From the NCBI GenBank assembly GCA_963845145.1, contig CAWJQU010000004.1, positions 96,001 through 160,000 on the forward strand: DNA of 64,000 nucleotides, in the 5' to 3' direction. The DNA comes from an uncultured delta proteobacterium. Lineage in GTDB: Bacteria; Desulfobacterota; Desulfobacteria; Desulfobacterales; QNYZ01. Below the pieces are notes generated by a model. The model searched no databases. It had not been told where the DNA came from and worked only from the letters and a program-made list of their open reading frames with translations. Of the stretch, positions 30,897 through 40,965 are shown piece by piece (position 1 is the stretch's first letter; each line of letters begins with the position of its first letter). The position numbers were made by a program, and so were the translations under genes.

Positions 30897-32264
30897 ATGC
30901 GTTATTCTGAAATTACTATTTTTGTCGTTCTCCTAATGCGACTCTCGTTTCCGGTCAGTGATGCCTCAGCCGGGGAAACCGAGACCCATTCACTATCCAT
31001 TGATTGGGGGGGGCGCATCAAAGCCGTTGGTAAGCAATTCTATCCGGATTCCGATAGTATTTATGCTGATATCGATAAGGGCCCTTACAATGAAGGCAGC
31101 GTGGACGGCCGATTAACCATGGCGGTAGTTTCCGGGGCCGGCGCACAGTTAGACGTGCACTATGAATCGGTTTACATAAAGGGCGATCTGCAAGAAATTC
31201 GAAACAACCTCACAAATGTGAGTAGTGAAACAAATCCACTGGTTTCATTGCTGGGTGATCATGTCGATGACGACCGGCGGCTGATGGATTTGACCCGGAC
31301 AATTCATGAGGATGATCGTTCATACGCGTATCACCGGTTAGACCGATTGGCGTTGACCCTGACACCGTCATGGGGAACCTTGCGGGTCGGGAGACAGGCA
31401 CTCACCTGGGGAAATGGTATGGTCTTCAATCCCATGGATGTATTCAATCCATTTTCGCCAACCGATGTTGACCGGGACTACAAAACCGGCGACGATATGG
31501 TGACGACCACTTGGTTGACGGCCTCGGGTGACGAGTTACAACTAGTGGGCGTTGTGCGCAGGGACCTGGTTGATGCAGATGTGAATGCAGACAGTGCCTC
31601 CATCGCCGGGAAGTATCATGGCACGTCGCACGGTCTTGAGTACGATATTATGGGTGCCCGCCATTATGAGGACTATATTCTAGGCGGTGGGATCTCCGGA
31701 TATCTTCTGGACGCGGCCTGGCGCATGGATACAACCTATACTTTCCTGAGACAAAACCGACCTGACCGACCTGACCGATCCGACCCATCCGGCCGATCCG
31801 GCCGATCCGACCGATCCGATGCTGGATTTTGGTCATTCATCGTAAATTTGGATTACGCTTGGGGCTGGTGGAACAAAAACTGGTACGGCCTCGTTGAGTT
31901 CTACTTCAACTCCCTCGGGGATCACGACCCCCTTGATGCCCTGAACAACCCTGATCTCACTGAACGATTAGACCGCGGAGAAATATATACCCTGGGTACC
32001 GCCTACCTGGGAACGAGTATTCAAGTTGAATTGCACCCACTGGTCAATTTCCATATGACTGCCATCACAAATCTCAATGATCCCTCGGGTGTTATTCAAC
32101 CTCGCATCACCTGGGATATAATTTCAAATTTCCAGATAACTGTCGGCGCCAACGGGTACTGGGGTAAGCGTAGTACTGAATTCGGCGGATTTTCGTCACC
32201 ATTAGTCGAAGGACGGATTACCCCTCTTGATCATTCCTACGTTTGGCTCACCTATTTTTTTTGA
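30897..32264 (+). CDS. Putative outer-membrane beta-barrel protein
   Basis: Signal peptide, LRVGRQALTWG porin-like motif, alternating strand pattern, C-terminal WLTYFF. Confidence 0.7.
   Translation: MRYSEITIFVVLLMRLSFPVSDASAGETETHSLSIDWGGRIKAVGKQFYPDSDSIYADIDKGPYNEGSVDGRLTMAVVSGAGAQLDVHYESVYIKGDLQEIRNNLTNVSSETNPLVSLLGDHVDDDRRLMDLTRTIHEDDRSYAYHRLDRLALTLTPSWGTLRVGRQALTWGNGMVFNPMDVFNPFSPTDVDRDYKTGDDMVTTTWLTASGDELQLVGVVRRDLVDADVNADSASIAGKYHGTSHGLEYDIMGARHYEDYILGGGISGYLLDAAWRMDTTYTFLRQNRPDRPDRSDPSGRSGRSDRSDAGFWSFIVNLDYAWGWWNKNWYGLVEFYFNSLGDHDPLDALNNPDLTERLDRGEIYTLGTAYLGTSIQVELHPLVNFHMTAITNLNDPSGVIQPRITWDIISNFQITVGANGYWGKRSTEFGGFSSPLVEGRITPLDHSYVWLTYFF
31758..31820 (+). repeat. In-frame 9-bp tandem repeat, 7 degenerate copies (RPD/RSD/RSG)
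   Basis: cgacctgac cgacctgac cgatccgac ccatccggc cgatccggc cgatccgac cgatccgat. Confidence 0.85.
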
Positions 32265-32274
32265 AAAGTAATCG

Positions 32275-33285
32275 GTGCTAAGTGGCATGGCTAATAAAAT
32301 GAAGATCTTCGGTAAACAGATTTTCCTTTTGATATGCTTTTCGGGATGCTTTGGCCTGCTTATCGGCTTGGAATGCAGCCTGGCTGATACAATGAAAGCA
32401 ACGTCGAAGATGGGTAGATCCACATTCGATGAGGCTCAATTAACGGGCCGCCTGGAGGATGACCGGCTAATCGAATGTTCCGGAATGGATATCTCTTTGT
32501 CCACCGACGATCTTCTTTGGGCGGTTAATGATAGTGGCCAGGGGCCCTATATTTACGCTATGGGAAAGGATGGCCGCAGCCGGGGGCGTTTGCGGGTGGT
32601 AGGTGCCCAAAATCGAGACTGGGAAGGGCTGGATACCTTTATGTGGCAAGGGCGCCCCATGATCCTTATTGCCGATTTTGGCGATAATCGGGCCCAGTAT
32701 GATTTGCACACGCTTTATATTATTGAAGAACCCGTTCTTGACGGCGAACGTTTTCCTGATTCATCGATTGTTCAAGTGGCCTGGCGCATTGTTTACTCAT
32801 ACCCGGACCGGAATCACGACGCCGAAAGTGTGGCCGTGGATGTTGCGGCTAAAAAGGTCTTAGTGCTGACCAAGCGTGACCTTCCGCCACTACTTTTTGA
32901 GGTTCCCCTGATAATGCGTTCTTCAGACAACAGGGTCGTTGCGAAAAAAGTTGCGGAAATGGGGCGTATTCCGCCGCCTTTGGAAGAAGACATGGCTCAA
33001 AAGTATGGCAAATACCGAGCCCAGCCGACGGCCATGGATTTTTCTCCTGACGGCCGCCTTGCGGTCGTGCTGACCCACAAGGACGCCTACCTGTTTAAAC
33101 GTCGACCTCACGTATCCTGGGCCATCGCCTTTAGCGGTCATCCCGTATTGATTCCTTTACCCCTTCCCCAGGATCGGCATGATTTTCGCCAGCGGGAGGC
33201 AATTTGCTTCGCTCCCGGAGGCCATGATTTGCTGGTGACCTCCGAGGGTCTCGGCGCTGGAATATTTCGGCTAAAAGTTAGATGA
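32275..33285 (+). CDS. Exported protein, probable beta-propeller
   Basis: Hydrophobic N-terminus; repeated ECSG, NDSG, DWEG, DAES, TAMDFS, EAIC and TSEG blade-like motifs. Confidence 0.6.
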   Translation: MLSGMANKMKIFGKQIFLLICFSGCFGLLIGLECSLADTMKATSKMGRSTFDEAQLTGRLEDDRLIECSGMDISLSTDDLLWAVNDSGQGPYIYAMGKDGRSRGRLRVVGAQNRDWEGLDTFMWQGRPMILIADFGDNRAQYDLHTLYIIEEPVLDGERFPDSSIVQVAWRIVYSYPDRNHDAESVAVDVAAKKVLVLTKRDLPPLLFEVPLIMRSSDNRVVAKKVAEMGRIPPPLEEDMAQKYGKYRAQPTAMDFSPDGRLAVVLTHKDAYLFKRRPHVSWAIAFSGHPVLIPLPLPQDRHDFRQREAICFAPGGHDLLVTSEGLGAGIFRLKVR

Positions 33286-33351
33286 TGCGGGCCCGGATGG
33301 ACGGGTCATAGACACCTTGGGAAATCGGGTGGTGTCGGAGGCGCGTCGCCG

Positions 33352-33747
33352 TTACAAAAACTGCAACCGTGACAGGAAGTCCTCAAACCCCTTATCGGGG
33401 ACTTGTTGCCACGGCAGGGTCGGGAAAAACTGAAGGGTGGCGTGGACATCCGGAGCGAATACTTTACCCGATCTAATCTGCGGGTTAGGCAGGCGGTATT
33501 TATGATTTTTGGCCAGGTCGAGAATGAGGTCGATGTCATCGCCTTCATCCAGCAGGTCGACCAGAAGATGGTTGGCGATGGTGGCAAAGCCCTTTAACTG
33601 GCGGCCCCCACCCCTGCCGGTATAGATCTCGATGAAGGTGTCGCCCAGCGCTACGGCATGGGTGTCGTTGGGGGTGACCAGAAAGGCCCGTTCGGACAGA
33701 TACTGACCCTCATCGAAAATAATCCAATCCTTGGAAGTATCACTCAC
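33352..33747 (-). CDS. Hypothetical protein, coupled to the upstream MBL gene
   Basis: Start overlaps the stop of 33740-34516; protein-like composition. Confidence 0.6.
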   Translation of the reverse strand: MSDTSKDWIIFDEGQYLSERAFLVTPNDTHAVALGDTFIEIYTGRGGGRQLKGFATIANHLLVDLLDEGDDIDLILDLAKNHKYRLPNPQIRSGKVFAPDVHATLQFFPTLPWQQVPDKGFEDFLSRLQFL

Positions 33748-34516
33748 GCGATTCTCCGATCGTCAGCGTTTCACCGGGTTCGGGCAAAAAGGCGTGGATA
33801 TCTTCCAGCTTTCCAAGTTGACGGCGAACTTCGTCAGCATGCTCTTTTCGAACCCGGCGGTTCATATGGACCAGGGCCAGATGCCTGGCCTTGGCTTTAT
33901 TGGCAAAAGCGATACATCCGTCCACCGTCCCGTGTGCATCGAGCATCGGTTCGAGACCGTAAGCCTCATGAACAATCAGTTGGCACCCCCGGGCCAAAAG
34001 ACCGGTTTTTTCGGAAGGCCGGCCATCTCCACTGTAGTACATGGCTACGGATTTTGAATCGAGACGCAGGCCCAGGCAGGGTTTTGAATGCATGGTGGGC
34101 GCAAAGGACCAGCCAAGACCCAGTAGGTTCAGGTCTTGTCCGGGGTGGGCTTCGATATAGTTAATCTCGAAGCTGAGCTTGGCACTAAATCCCGGATAGG
34201 CCAGCTCCATTGCTGCCCTGACCTTATTTTCGACACCACTCTGGCCCACAATCGTTAGCGGCCTGGATCTTTGTTCTTCCCAGAAACGTAGCAGAAGCAG
34301 GGGCACCCCGAAAAAATGATCGCCATGGAAATGGGAAAGCCAGAGGGCGTCTAAATTCATTGGGTCCGGTGAGGTTTGCCAGAACGCATGGGCGGCCGTA
34401 AAGCCGCAGTCTAGCAGGATCTGTTTTTGGGGAGAACCATCGGGCAAAACGATAAGCGACGTATTGGAGAGCCTTTCATCAAAGGCTTCGCCGACACCTG
34501 AAAAAATAATCTGCAT
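33740..34516 (-). CDS. MBL-fold metallohydrolase (RNase Z-like)
   Basis: LLDCG, SHFHGDH, YSGDG, HEA, HGT, LVH. Confidence 0.85.
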   Translation of the reverse strand: MQIIFSGVGEAFDERLSNTSLIVLPDGSPQKQILLDCGFTAAHAFWQTSPDPMNLDALWLSHFHGDHFFGVPLLLLRFWEEQRSRPLTIVGQSGVENKVRAAMELAYPGFSAKLSFEINYIEAHPGQDLNLLGLGWSFAPTMHSKPCLGLRLDSKSVAMYYSGDGRPSEKTGLLARGCQLIVHEAYGLEPMLDAHGTVDGCIAFANKAKARHLALVHMNRRVRKEHADEVRRQLGKLEDIHAFLPEPGETLTIGESRE

Positions 34517-34534
34517 AGGCTGCTTTTTCCGATG

Positions 34535-36289
34535 CTACTTGTTGGGTCGTTTCTGTTTTTTACGACGCGGAGGCGCCGCCTTCATCTGTTTTTCAATTTT
34601 GGCCCAGGCATCCCTCAGGGTCACGGTACGATTGATGACGGGTTTGCCGGGCTTTGAATCTTCCAGATCCATAATAAAGTACCCCAGTCGCTCAAACTGA
34701 AAGCCCATATCGGGCGGCATATCGGCCAGGGCCGGTTCCAGCTTGCACCGGGATAGGACTTCCAACGATCGGGGATTTAAGTGCTCGGTATACTCCTTTT
34801 CGGAATCGCCCACCGGGTCGGGCACTGAAAACAAGCGGTCGTACAGGCGCACCTCGGCATCAATGGCGTGCGGCGCCGATACCCAGTGGAGCGTCGCCTT
34901 GACTTTACGCCCATCCGGAGCCCCACCGCCTTTGGTCTCGGGATCATAGGTGCAGTGCAGTTCGATGACCTCGCCCGTCTCTTTATCTTTAATGACATCC
35001 GTGCAGGTAACATAATACGCATACCGTAACCGCACTTCCCGTCCCGGCGCCAGTCGGAAAAATTTCTTGGGTGGATCTTCTAAAAAATCATCCCGCTCGA
35101 TAAAAAGAGTGTTGGAAAACGGTACCTGCCGGGTCCCTGCGTGTTCATCTTCCGGGTTGTTAATGGCCTCAAGCCACTCTTCCTTGCCTTCGGGGTAGTT
35201 AACGATGACGACTTTCAAGGGCCGCAATACCCCCATGCGCCGAGGCGCTGTGCGATTTAACTCCTCGCGAATACTGCTTTCCAGCAAGCTCACATCCACC
35301 CGGCTATCCCGCCTGGCCACACCAATACGTTGACAAAAATAGCGAATGGCCGCAGGTGTATACCCTCGCCGTTTAAACCCCGACAAAGTCGGCATACGGG
35401 GATCGTCCCAACTGTCGACATGACCCTCTTTGACCAGTTGAATCAGTTTGCGCTTGCTAAGAACGGTATAGCTTAGATTCATTCGTGCAAATTCATATTG
35501 GCGGGGGCGCGCCGGAACTTTCAGATTATCCAGCACCCAGTCGTACAATTCGCGGTTATTCTCAAATTCCAGGGTACAGACGGAGTGGGTGACCCCTTCG
35601 ATGGCGTCTGACAGACAATGGGCAAAGTCATACATGGGATAAATACACCATTGATCCCCGGTGCGATGGTGGCTGACGTTGCGAATTCGGTAGAGCGTGG
35701 GATCGCGCATAATCATATTCGGTGCAGCCATATTTATTTTGGCTCGCAGGACACAGGCACCCTCCTCAAACTCACCAGCGCGCATGCGGCGAAACAGGTC
35801 CAGGTTTTCGTCCACACTTCGGTCCCGATAAGGACTGTTGGTACCCGGTTCGGTCAGGGTACCTCGATAGCGGCGGGTTTCATCGGATGACAGATCATCC
35901 ACATAAGCTTTGCCGGCTTGAATCAATTGTTCGGCAAAATCATACAATTTTTGAAAATAATTGGAGGCAAAATACAACCGATCCTCCCAATCAAATCCGA
36001 GCCAGGCCACATCGGCCTTGATCGACTCGACATATTCGATCTCTTCTTTGGCGGGATTCGTATCGTCGAACCGCAGGTTACAGACGCCGTTGAATTCATT
36101 TGCCAGACCGAAATTGAGGCAGATGGATTTAGCATGGCCGATGTGCAAATATCCGTTGGGTTCCGGCGGAAATCGGGTCATGACACGACCGTTATGGGCA
36201 TCGTCGGCAAGATCGTTTTTGATGATGTCCCGAATAAAGTTGGGCGGGAGGTGCGTATTTTCTTTAGATTGAGCGGGTGTCTGCTTCAT
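34535..36289 (-). CDS. glnS: Glutamine--tRNA ligase
   Basis: [46 protein letters not shown]. Confidence 0.97.
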   Translation of the reverse strand: MKQTPAQSKENTHLPPNFIRDIIKNDLADDAHNGRVMTRFPPEPNGYLHIGHAKSICLNFGLANEFNGVCNLRFDDTNPAKEEIEYVESIKADVAWLGFDWEDRLYFASNYFQKLYDFAEQLIQAGKAYVDDLSSDETRRYRGTLTEPGTNSPYRDRSVDENLDLFRRMRAGEFEEGACVLRAKINMAAPNMIMRDPTLYRIRNVSHHRTGDQWCIYPMYDFAHCLSDAIEGVTHSVCTLEFENNRELYDWVLDNLKVPARPRQYEFARMNLSYTVLSKRKLIQLVKEGHVDSWDDPRMPTLSGFKRRGYTPAAIRYFCQRIGVARRDSRVDVSLLESSIREELNRTAPRRMGVLRPLKVVIVNYPEGKEEWLEAINNPEDEHAGTRQVPFSNTLFIERDDFLEDPPKKFFRLAPGREVRLRYAYYVTCTDVIKDKETGEVIELHCTYDPETKGGGAPDGRKVKATLHWVSAPHAIDAEVRLYDRLFSVPDPVGDSEKEYTEHLNPRSLEVLSRCKLEPALADMPPDMGFQFERLGYFIMDLEDSKPGKPVINRTVTLRDAWAKIEKQMKAAPPRRKKQKRPNK

Positions 36290-36396
36290 AAAATTATCGT
36301 ATCCTAGGTTGTCGATGTTATCGCTGTTTGGGCTTATTGCGAACCATAATCCCGGACCTGATTACAATGTTGAGACCTGATTAAATTTTAACTGAT

Positions 36397-36548
36397 GAGC
36401 CAATTTCAAAACGCCCCAGTTTGCCCAACCTCTGTGTCAGGCTCAAATTTTATTCCTCGAAATACTCAATGTATTCCTGTGGTTAATCCGCCTGAGGCGG
36501 ATCGCCTTCCTTGATCTTGAACAAACTGAAACGTTTTGAAAATGGCTC
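36397..36548. mobile_element. MITE-like element (152 bp) with 17-bp terminal inverted repeats
   Basis: GAGCCAATTTCAAAACG ... CGTTTTGAAAATGGCTC (16/17 match); non-coding; partial copies at 4068 and 10110. Confidence 0.7.
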
Positions 36549-36553
36549 TGATT

Positions 36554-37417
36554 TCAGGCAAAAACGATACCGGCATATCCCACAAAACTGTCGTCAGGAT
36601 TTTTGTCATGACTGGAAGCGTATGCGGTGGTTTCTGCTGTTGTGGCGCCCAGTGTCTTAGCCGCTGCTACAGCTCCTGCAGCAGCCCCCGCGCAACATGC
36701 ATTGTGATGGGTCTGGGCTTCATCAATGATCTTGATCGGATCCATGGCGAGCATGGCCTCGATCACGCGCCGGTCGTTTTCATCACGGGCCCATTTAAGG
36801 GCGGATGGCCCTGAGCCTTTGGGCATAAACCCGTAATTATAACCATAGTGGGTCAAATCGGTGGAACCGATCACTTTCATCTTCAGGCCCAACTGAGTCG
36901 CCGCATCAACGGTGGCCCGGGCAATGTCCAAAGATGATGCCACCGGCGGTAACCCGATGGCCAATATGTCGGCTTTCGGAAAAAAATATTTGATAAATGG
37001 GAGCTGCAATTCGATGGTGTTATCCTTGGTAAAATTGCTCGGCGTTTCGATTCTAAAAGTAAATTGATCGCACAACGCCTGGGCCAAGGCCGTGTGAACC
37101 GGCATCAAGCCAAAGGGTGTTTCCCAAGCCCCTTCGGCCATCATGTAGTTAGGCGATTGGGGGTGAAGATGCATACCGAACACAACGACCACATCCGGCG
37201 GGTCGGTATTGGCCAGCCGGTGAATGACGTCACAGGCGATCTCGCCCGAAAAAAACCAGCCGGCATGGGGTACGATACCCCCTGAATATCCCGGTGTCGC
37301 CGTGGTTTCATGGGTACTTTTTTTTAAATATTTTCGAATTTCAGACTCGCAGGCCTGCGGGGAGTCCGGATACCAGCTGCCGGCAAATACCGCCTGTCTC
37401 GTTTTCAAAACCATCAC
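36554..37417 (-). CDS. amrB: AmmeMemoRadiSam system protein B (MEMO1 family)
   Basis: AGSWYP, IVPHAGWFFSG, WETPFG, IELQLPF, STDLTHYG, SFVGYA. Confidence 0.88.
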   Translation of the reverse strand: MMVLKTRQAVFAGSWYPDSPQACESEIRKYLKKSTHETTATPGYSGGIVPHAGWFFSGEIACDVIHRLANTDPPDVVVVFGMHLHPQSPNYMMAEGAWETPFGLMPVHTALAQALCDQFTFRIETPSNFTKDNTIELQLPFIKYFFPKADILAIGLPPVASSLDIARATVDAATQLGLKMKVIGSTDLTHYGYNYGFMPKGSGPSALKWARDENDRRVIEAMLAMDPIKIIDEAQTHHNACCAGAAAGAVAAAKTLGATTAETTAYASSHDKNPDDSFVGYAGIVFA

Positions 37418-37720
37418 CTCCTATCGATTGGTTATCACGCCTTTATAAATGATAGTCCTGCAAAAACCAAACATATGCTTAAAATGGTTTGGGCCGTATC
37501 CATCTCTTTTATACAACTGTTTAGGTACCCAAAGTGATCAACATAGGCAAGGTCCGAATCGCCCCGGATACTATTAATTCTAAGACATCCATTGAAATAA
37601 GTCGAGTATTTTTCCAATCATTCTTGACGAATGCGTTTTGGCCGATGAAACTGGGCATCGCCTTGCCCACACCCATCATTCAGAGAAACAATCATTTTAT
37701 ATCTCTATTTCTTTCCGTCC

Positions 37721-37745
37721 GTAGGGGCACCCCTTGTGGGTGCCC
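37721..37745 (+). repeat. GTAG-type REP-like palindrome
   Basis: GTAG-GGGCACCC-CTTGT-GGGTGCCC; single copy in the window. Confidence 0.55.
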
Positions 37746-37890
37746 ATGCCCCTCGTGCGGGATCGGAAAAATAGATACGAGCCCCAAAGCGCGGCCGGTC
37801 CGACCTTGACTTTGGGCGGATAATTGACGATATATTTGCCGTGTGTGTGCCTCCAATTCGTGTTTTAGCCCTAATAGCGGAGCGGATCGA

Positions 37891-39429
37891 ATGATAAACC
37901 AAGATAGTGACACCTGGTTCCTACCGGAAACGATATCACCGGATGCGCTGATTAAAAAACTCGCCAAAAAGGTCCAAGTGCAAATCGGTCTGCAACCAAA
38001 AAAAACCGTGACCTATTACGACACCTTTGACTGGCGGTTATACCGAAAAAAATATTTGTTCGATCGAACCAAGCATACCTGGCACCTGATTCAGTACGAC
38101 ACCGGCGAGCGGATCGCAATCTTTAAAGACGCCGATCCTTCGCCCCGGTTGTTTGCCCATTCGTTTTCCAATGATCCTTTGAAGTCCATCATGAAGGAGA
38201 CTTTAGGGGGTCGACGCTTGCTCCCGCTGGTTACCTTCGATGTGCAATCGCAACGGGTTCGAATCCTCAATGCGGACCAAAAAACCGTCGCCCATATTGA
38301 AATAGCTACCCGGACAGGCCCGGTTAATGGGGAATTTTTTAACACGGTGACGCTTAGGGGGGTGCGTGGATATGCCGCTATCCCCAAAAAAATAATGGGT
38401 TCCCTTCGTCGCTGGGGCATTGTCGATCCGGTGCCGCCGCTTTTCTTTTTTACCCATGGCGTTGAAATTCAAGGTCGCTCTCCCGGAGATTATACCGCCA
38501 AGTTTTCGATTGAATTGGACCCCGCCATTTCCACGCGACTGGCGGCCGTGGCGATTTTCAGACAATTATTGACGACCATGCGAAAGAATGAAGAGGGGAT
38601 TGCAAAAGATATCGACCCAGAGTTTTTACATGATTTTCGCGTAGCCATGCGGCGGACCCGTTCCGGTCTCTCCCAAATGCAGGGCGCATTACCGCCGAAA
38701 ATAACGAAAAAAATACAAAACGAATTGGCTGATTTGGGAAAAATAACGGGTCCCACCCGGGATCTGGACGTTTACCTGCTATATGTACAGGGCTATATGG
38801 CCCGCCTGCCCGGTGAGCTTCGGGAAGGGATGACCGTATTTTTTACCGATATGAGCGATCGCCGTCGGCAGGAATGGGAAAAGATGGTGAAGGCACTAAA
38901 GTCTTCCCGCTATCAGCGTATTATCGGTGACTGGCAAGCATACCTCGATGGGGATGTCACCAATGACCCGTCCAGGCATTCCCAAAGACCGGTGGCTGTG
39001 TATGCCCGTAAAATTATTTATCGTCGTTTTAAACGGATCATTAAAAAGGGCTGCGTTATCGGGCCGGATTCGCCGGATGCGGATTTACATCGCCTTCGGA
39101 TTCAATGCAAAAAACTTCGCTACAGCCTGGAATTTTTTACATCGCTCTTTCCTGCCGGGGGCGTGGCCGAAGGGATTCGGCAGCTAAAGCGGTTGCAGAG
39201 TCACCTGGGCGATTTTAATGACATATCGGTACAACAAAATATGTTGCAGGCGTATCTGGCCGCCGTCAAACCGGGGTCCAAACGAAATCTGAAACTGACG
39301 GCCGCTATCGGTGGCCTGCTAACTGTTCACAGTCAGGAGAAGCGGGGTATTCGCAAGCGGTTTACCACGGTATTCGGTGAATTCTCCAGATCGAAAAATC
39401 GGAATCTTTTTTCGAAGCTTTTTAATTAA
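37891..39429 (+). CDS. CHAD domain protein with a degenerate CYTH-like N-terminus
   Basis: TYYDTFDWRL; EFLHDFRVAMRRTRS, RDLDV, LHRLRIQCKKLRYSLEF, LQSHLGDFND. Start moved to 37891. Confidence 0.88.
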   Translation: MINQDSDTWFLPETISPDALIKKLAKKVQVQIGLQPKKTVTYYDTFDWRLYRKKYLFDRTKHTWHLIQYDTGERIAIFKDADPSPRLFAHSFSNDPLKSIMKETLGGRRLLPLVTFDVQSQRVRILNADQKTVAHIEIATRTGPVNGEFFNTVTLRGVRGYAAIPKKIMGSLRRWGIVDPVPPLFFFTHGVEIQGRSPGDYTAKFSIELDPAISTRLAAVAIFRQLLTTMRKNEEGIAKDIDPEFLHDFRVAMRRTRSGLSQMQGALPPKITKKIQNELADLGKITGPTRDLDVYLLYVQGYMARLPGELREGMTVFFTDMSDRRRQEWEKMVKALKSSRYQRIIGDWQAYLDGDVTNDPSRHSQRPVAVYARKIIYRRFKRIIKKGCVIGPDSPDADLHRLRIQCKKLRYSLEFFTSLFPAGGVAEGIRQLKRLQSHLGDFNDISVQQNMLQAYLAAVKPGSKRNLKLTAAIGGLLTVHSQEKRGIRKRFTTVFGEFSRSKNRNLFSKLFN

Positions 39430-39461
39430 TCTATGCCATGCGCCAACCGGGAGGATTTTAA

Positions 39462-40208
39462 ATGAGCATCATCGCGGTATCGAACATCAAGGGAGGGGTC
39501 GGTAAAACGGCGACTTCGGTCAACTTGGCCTACCTGGCCTCGGCGGATGGCCTCAATACCTTGCTTTGCGATATGGATTCCCAGGGATCGGCTTCCTACT
39601 ACTTTAGAATTCGCCCGAAAAAGAAGTTCAACACGAAGAAATTCCTGATGGGCGGTAAACATATTGATCGCAATATTAGGGGCACTGATTATCCGGGCCT
39701 TGATCTTCTACCGGCGGATTTTTCATTTCGCAATATTGATATCGTTCTGGATAAAATGAAAAAACCGACCCGGCGATTTGGTAAAATATTCGACCCTTTA
39801 AAAAAAGAGTATGGCCGAATTTTTATTGATTGTCCCCCCAATGTCACCCTGTTGTTTGAAAACATATTTCACACGGCGGATATGATTCTCGTTCCCGTGA
39901 TACCCACGACATTGTCCTTGCTGGCGTTACGGAAGCTGGCGGGTTTTTTAAAACAGATCGATCAGAAGCAATCCAAGATGCGAATCTTTTTTTCCATGGT
40001 GGAAAAACGGAAAAAAATGCATATTGAAACGATGCGGCAAATCGTCAAGGAATTTCGTGTCCTGCCCATTTATATTCCATATATGGCGGATGTGGAAAAA
40101 ATGGGTTTTTATCGCCAGCCGATTACGGCGGCCATGCCCCGTTCGCTGGCCACAAGGGCTTATCAGAAACTATGGGTTGAAATTCAAAAAACGCTTGATC
40201 CTTCATGA
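39462..40208 (+). CDS. ParA/Soj family ATPase
   Basis: NIKGGVGKT deviant Walker A, DMDSQGSAS, IDCPP. Confidence 0.92.
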   Translation: MSIIAVSNIKGGVGKTATSVNLAYLASADGLNTLLCDMDSQGSASYYFRIRPKKKFNTKKFLMGGKHIDRNIRGTDYPGLDLLPADFSFRNIDIVLDKMKKPTRRFGKIFDPLKKEYGRIFIDCPPNVTLLFENIFHTADMILVPVIPTTLSLLALRKLAGFLKQIDQKQSKMRIFFSMVEKRKKMHIETMRQIVKEFRVLPIYIPYMADVEKMGFYRQPITAAMPRSLATRAYQKLWVEIQKTLDPS

Positions 40209-40327
40209 AAGCCTTACTGGGTCCCGGGAATTAAGCCGCTTCAAAATAACGAAACCAAATAGATCGTTTGGTAGATCCTTTGGTAAATCCTTTGGCAGAT
40301 CTATCCGCCTCTATTATAGGTGTAGAT

Positions 40328-40879
40328 ATGGTTAAAGATTGGCAGGTGCTTGAACGCCACCGGACGGAAGATTATCGACTGTTCCAAATCGAAACCAAAA
40401 AGGTGCGGTCGCCCCGGACCCACGCGGAAATGGAAGTGCAGGCGATTCATTTTCCCGATTGGGTGGTTGTTTTACCCATTACCATGGATCAAAAGGTCGT
40501 CATGGTTAGGCAATACCGGCACGGTAATGAAAAAATATGTCTGGAACTACCCGGCGGCCTGGTTGACCCGGAAGATGACTCCCCACTTTCGGCCGTTGGC
40601 AGAGAACTCTCAGAAGAGACCGGCTATGTGGCCAAAAAGATCGTCAGGCTTGGCAAAACGTATCCCCAGCCGGCGGTATTAAGTAATCGCTGTTTTTTCT
40701 ATCTGGCCGAAGACGTTACGCCGGTGGGCCAAGTTTCCCTGGATGCTGGGGAGGATATTGGTCTCGTCCTTGTGCCTCTTGATACCATCACGGATAAAAT
40801 AAGGTGTCTGGATATCGACAATGCCATGACGATCCTTGCTTTTTCCTATTTTTTTAATAGTGATTTTCGAACAGAGTAG
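40328..40879 (+). CDS. NUDIX hydrolase (ADP-ribose pyrophosphatase-like)
   Basis: VRQYRHG, ELPGGLVD...RELSEETGY Nudix box. Start moved to 40328. Confidence 0.92.
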   Translation: MVKDWQVLERHRTEDYRLFQIETKKVRSPRTHAEMEVQAIHFPDWVVVLPITMDQKVVMVRQYRHGNEKICLELPGGLVDPEDDSPLSAVGRELSEETGYVAKKIVRLGKTYPQPAVLSNRCFFYLAEDVTPVGQVSLDAGEDIGLVLVPLDTITDKIRCLDIDNAMTILAFSYFFNSDFRTE

Positions 40880-40965
40880 ATTTGGATGGAAAACGGAATG
40901 TTGACACTTAATCTTGAGCCAAATCAAGGTCTTGATCCAAATCAGGATCTTGAGCCAAGCCAGCG

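Noticed and set aside
40261..40964. Short repeats as a CRISPR array
   Set aside because: The units are contiguous with no spacers, and no cas genes are present.
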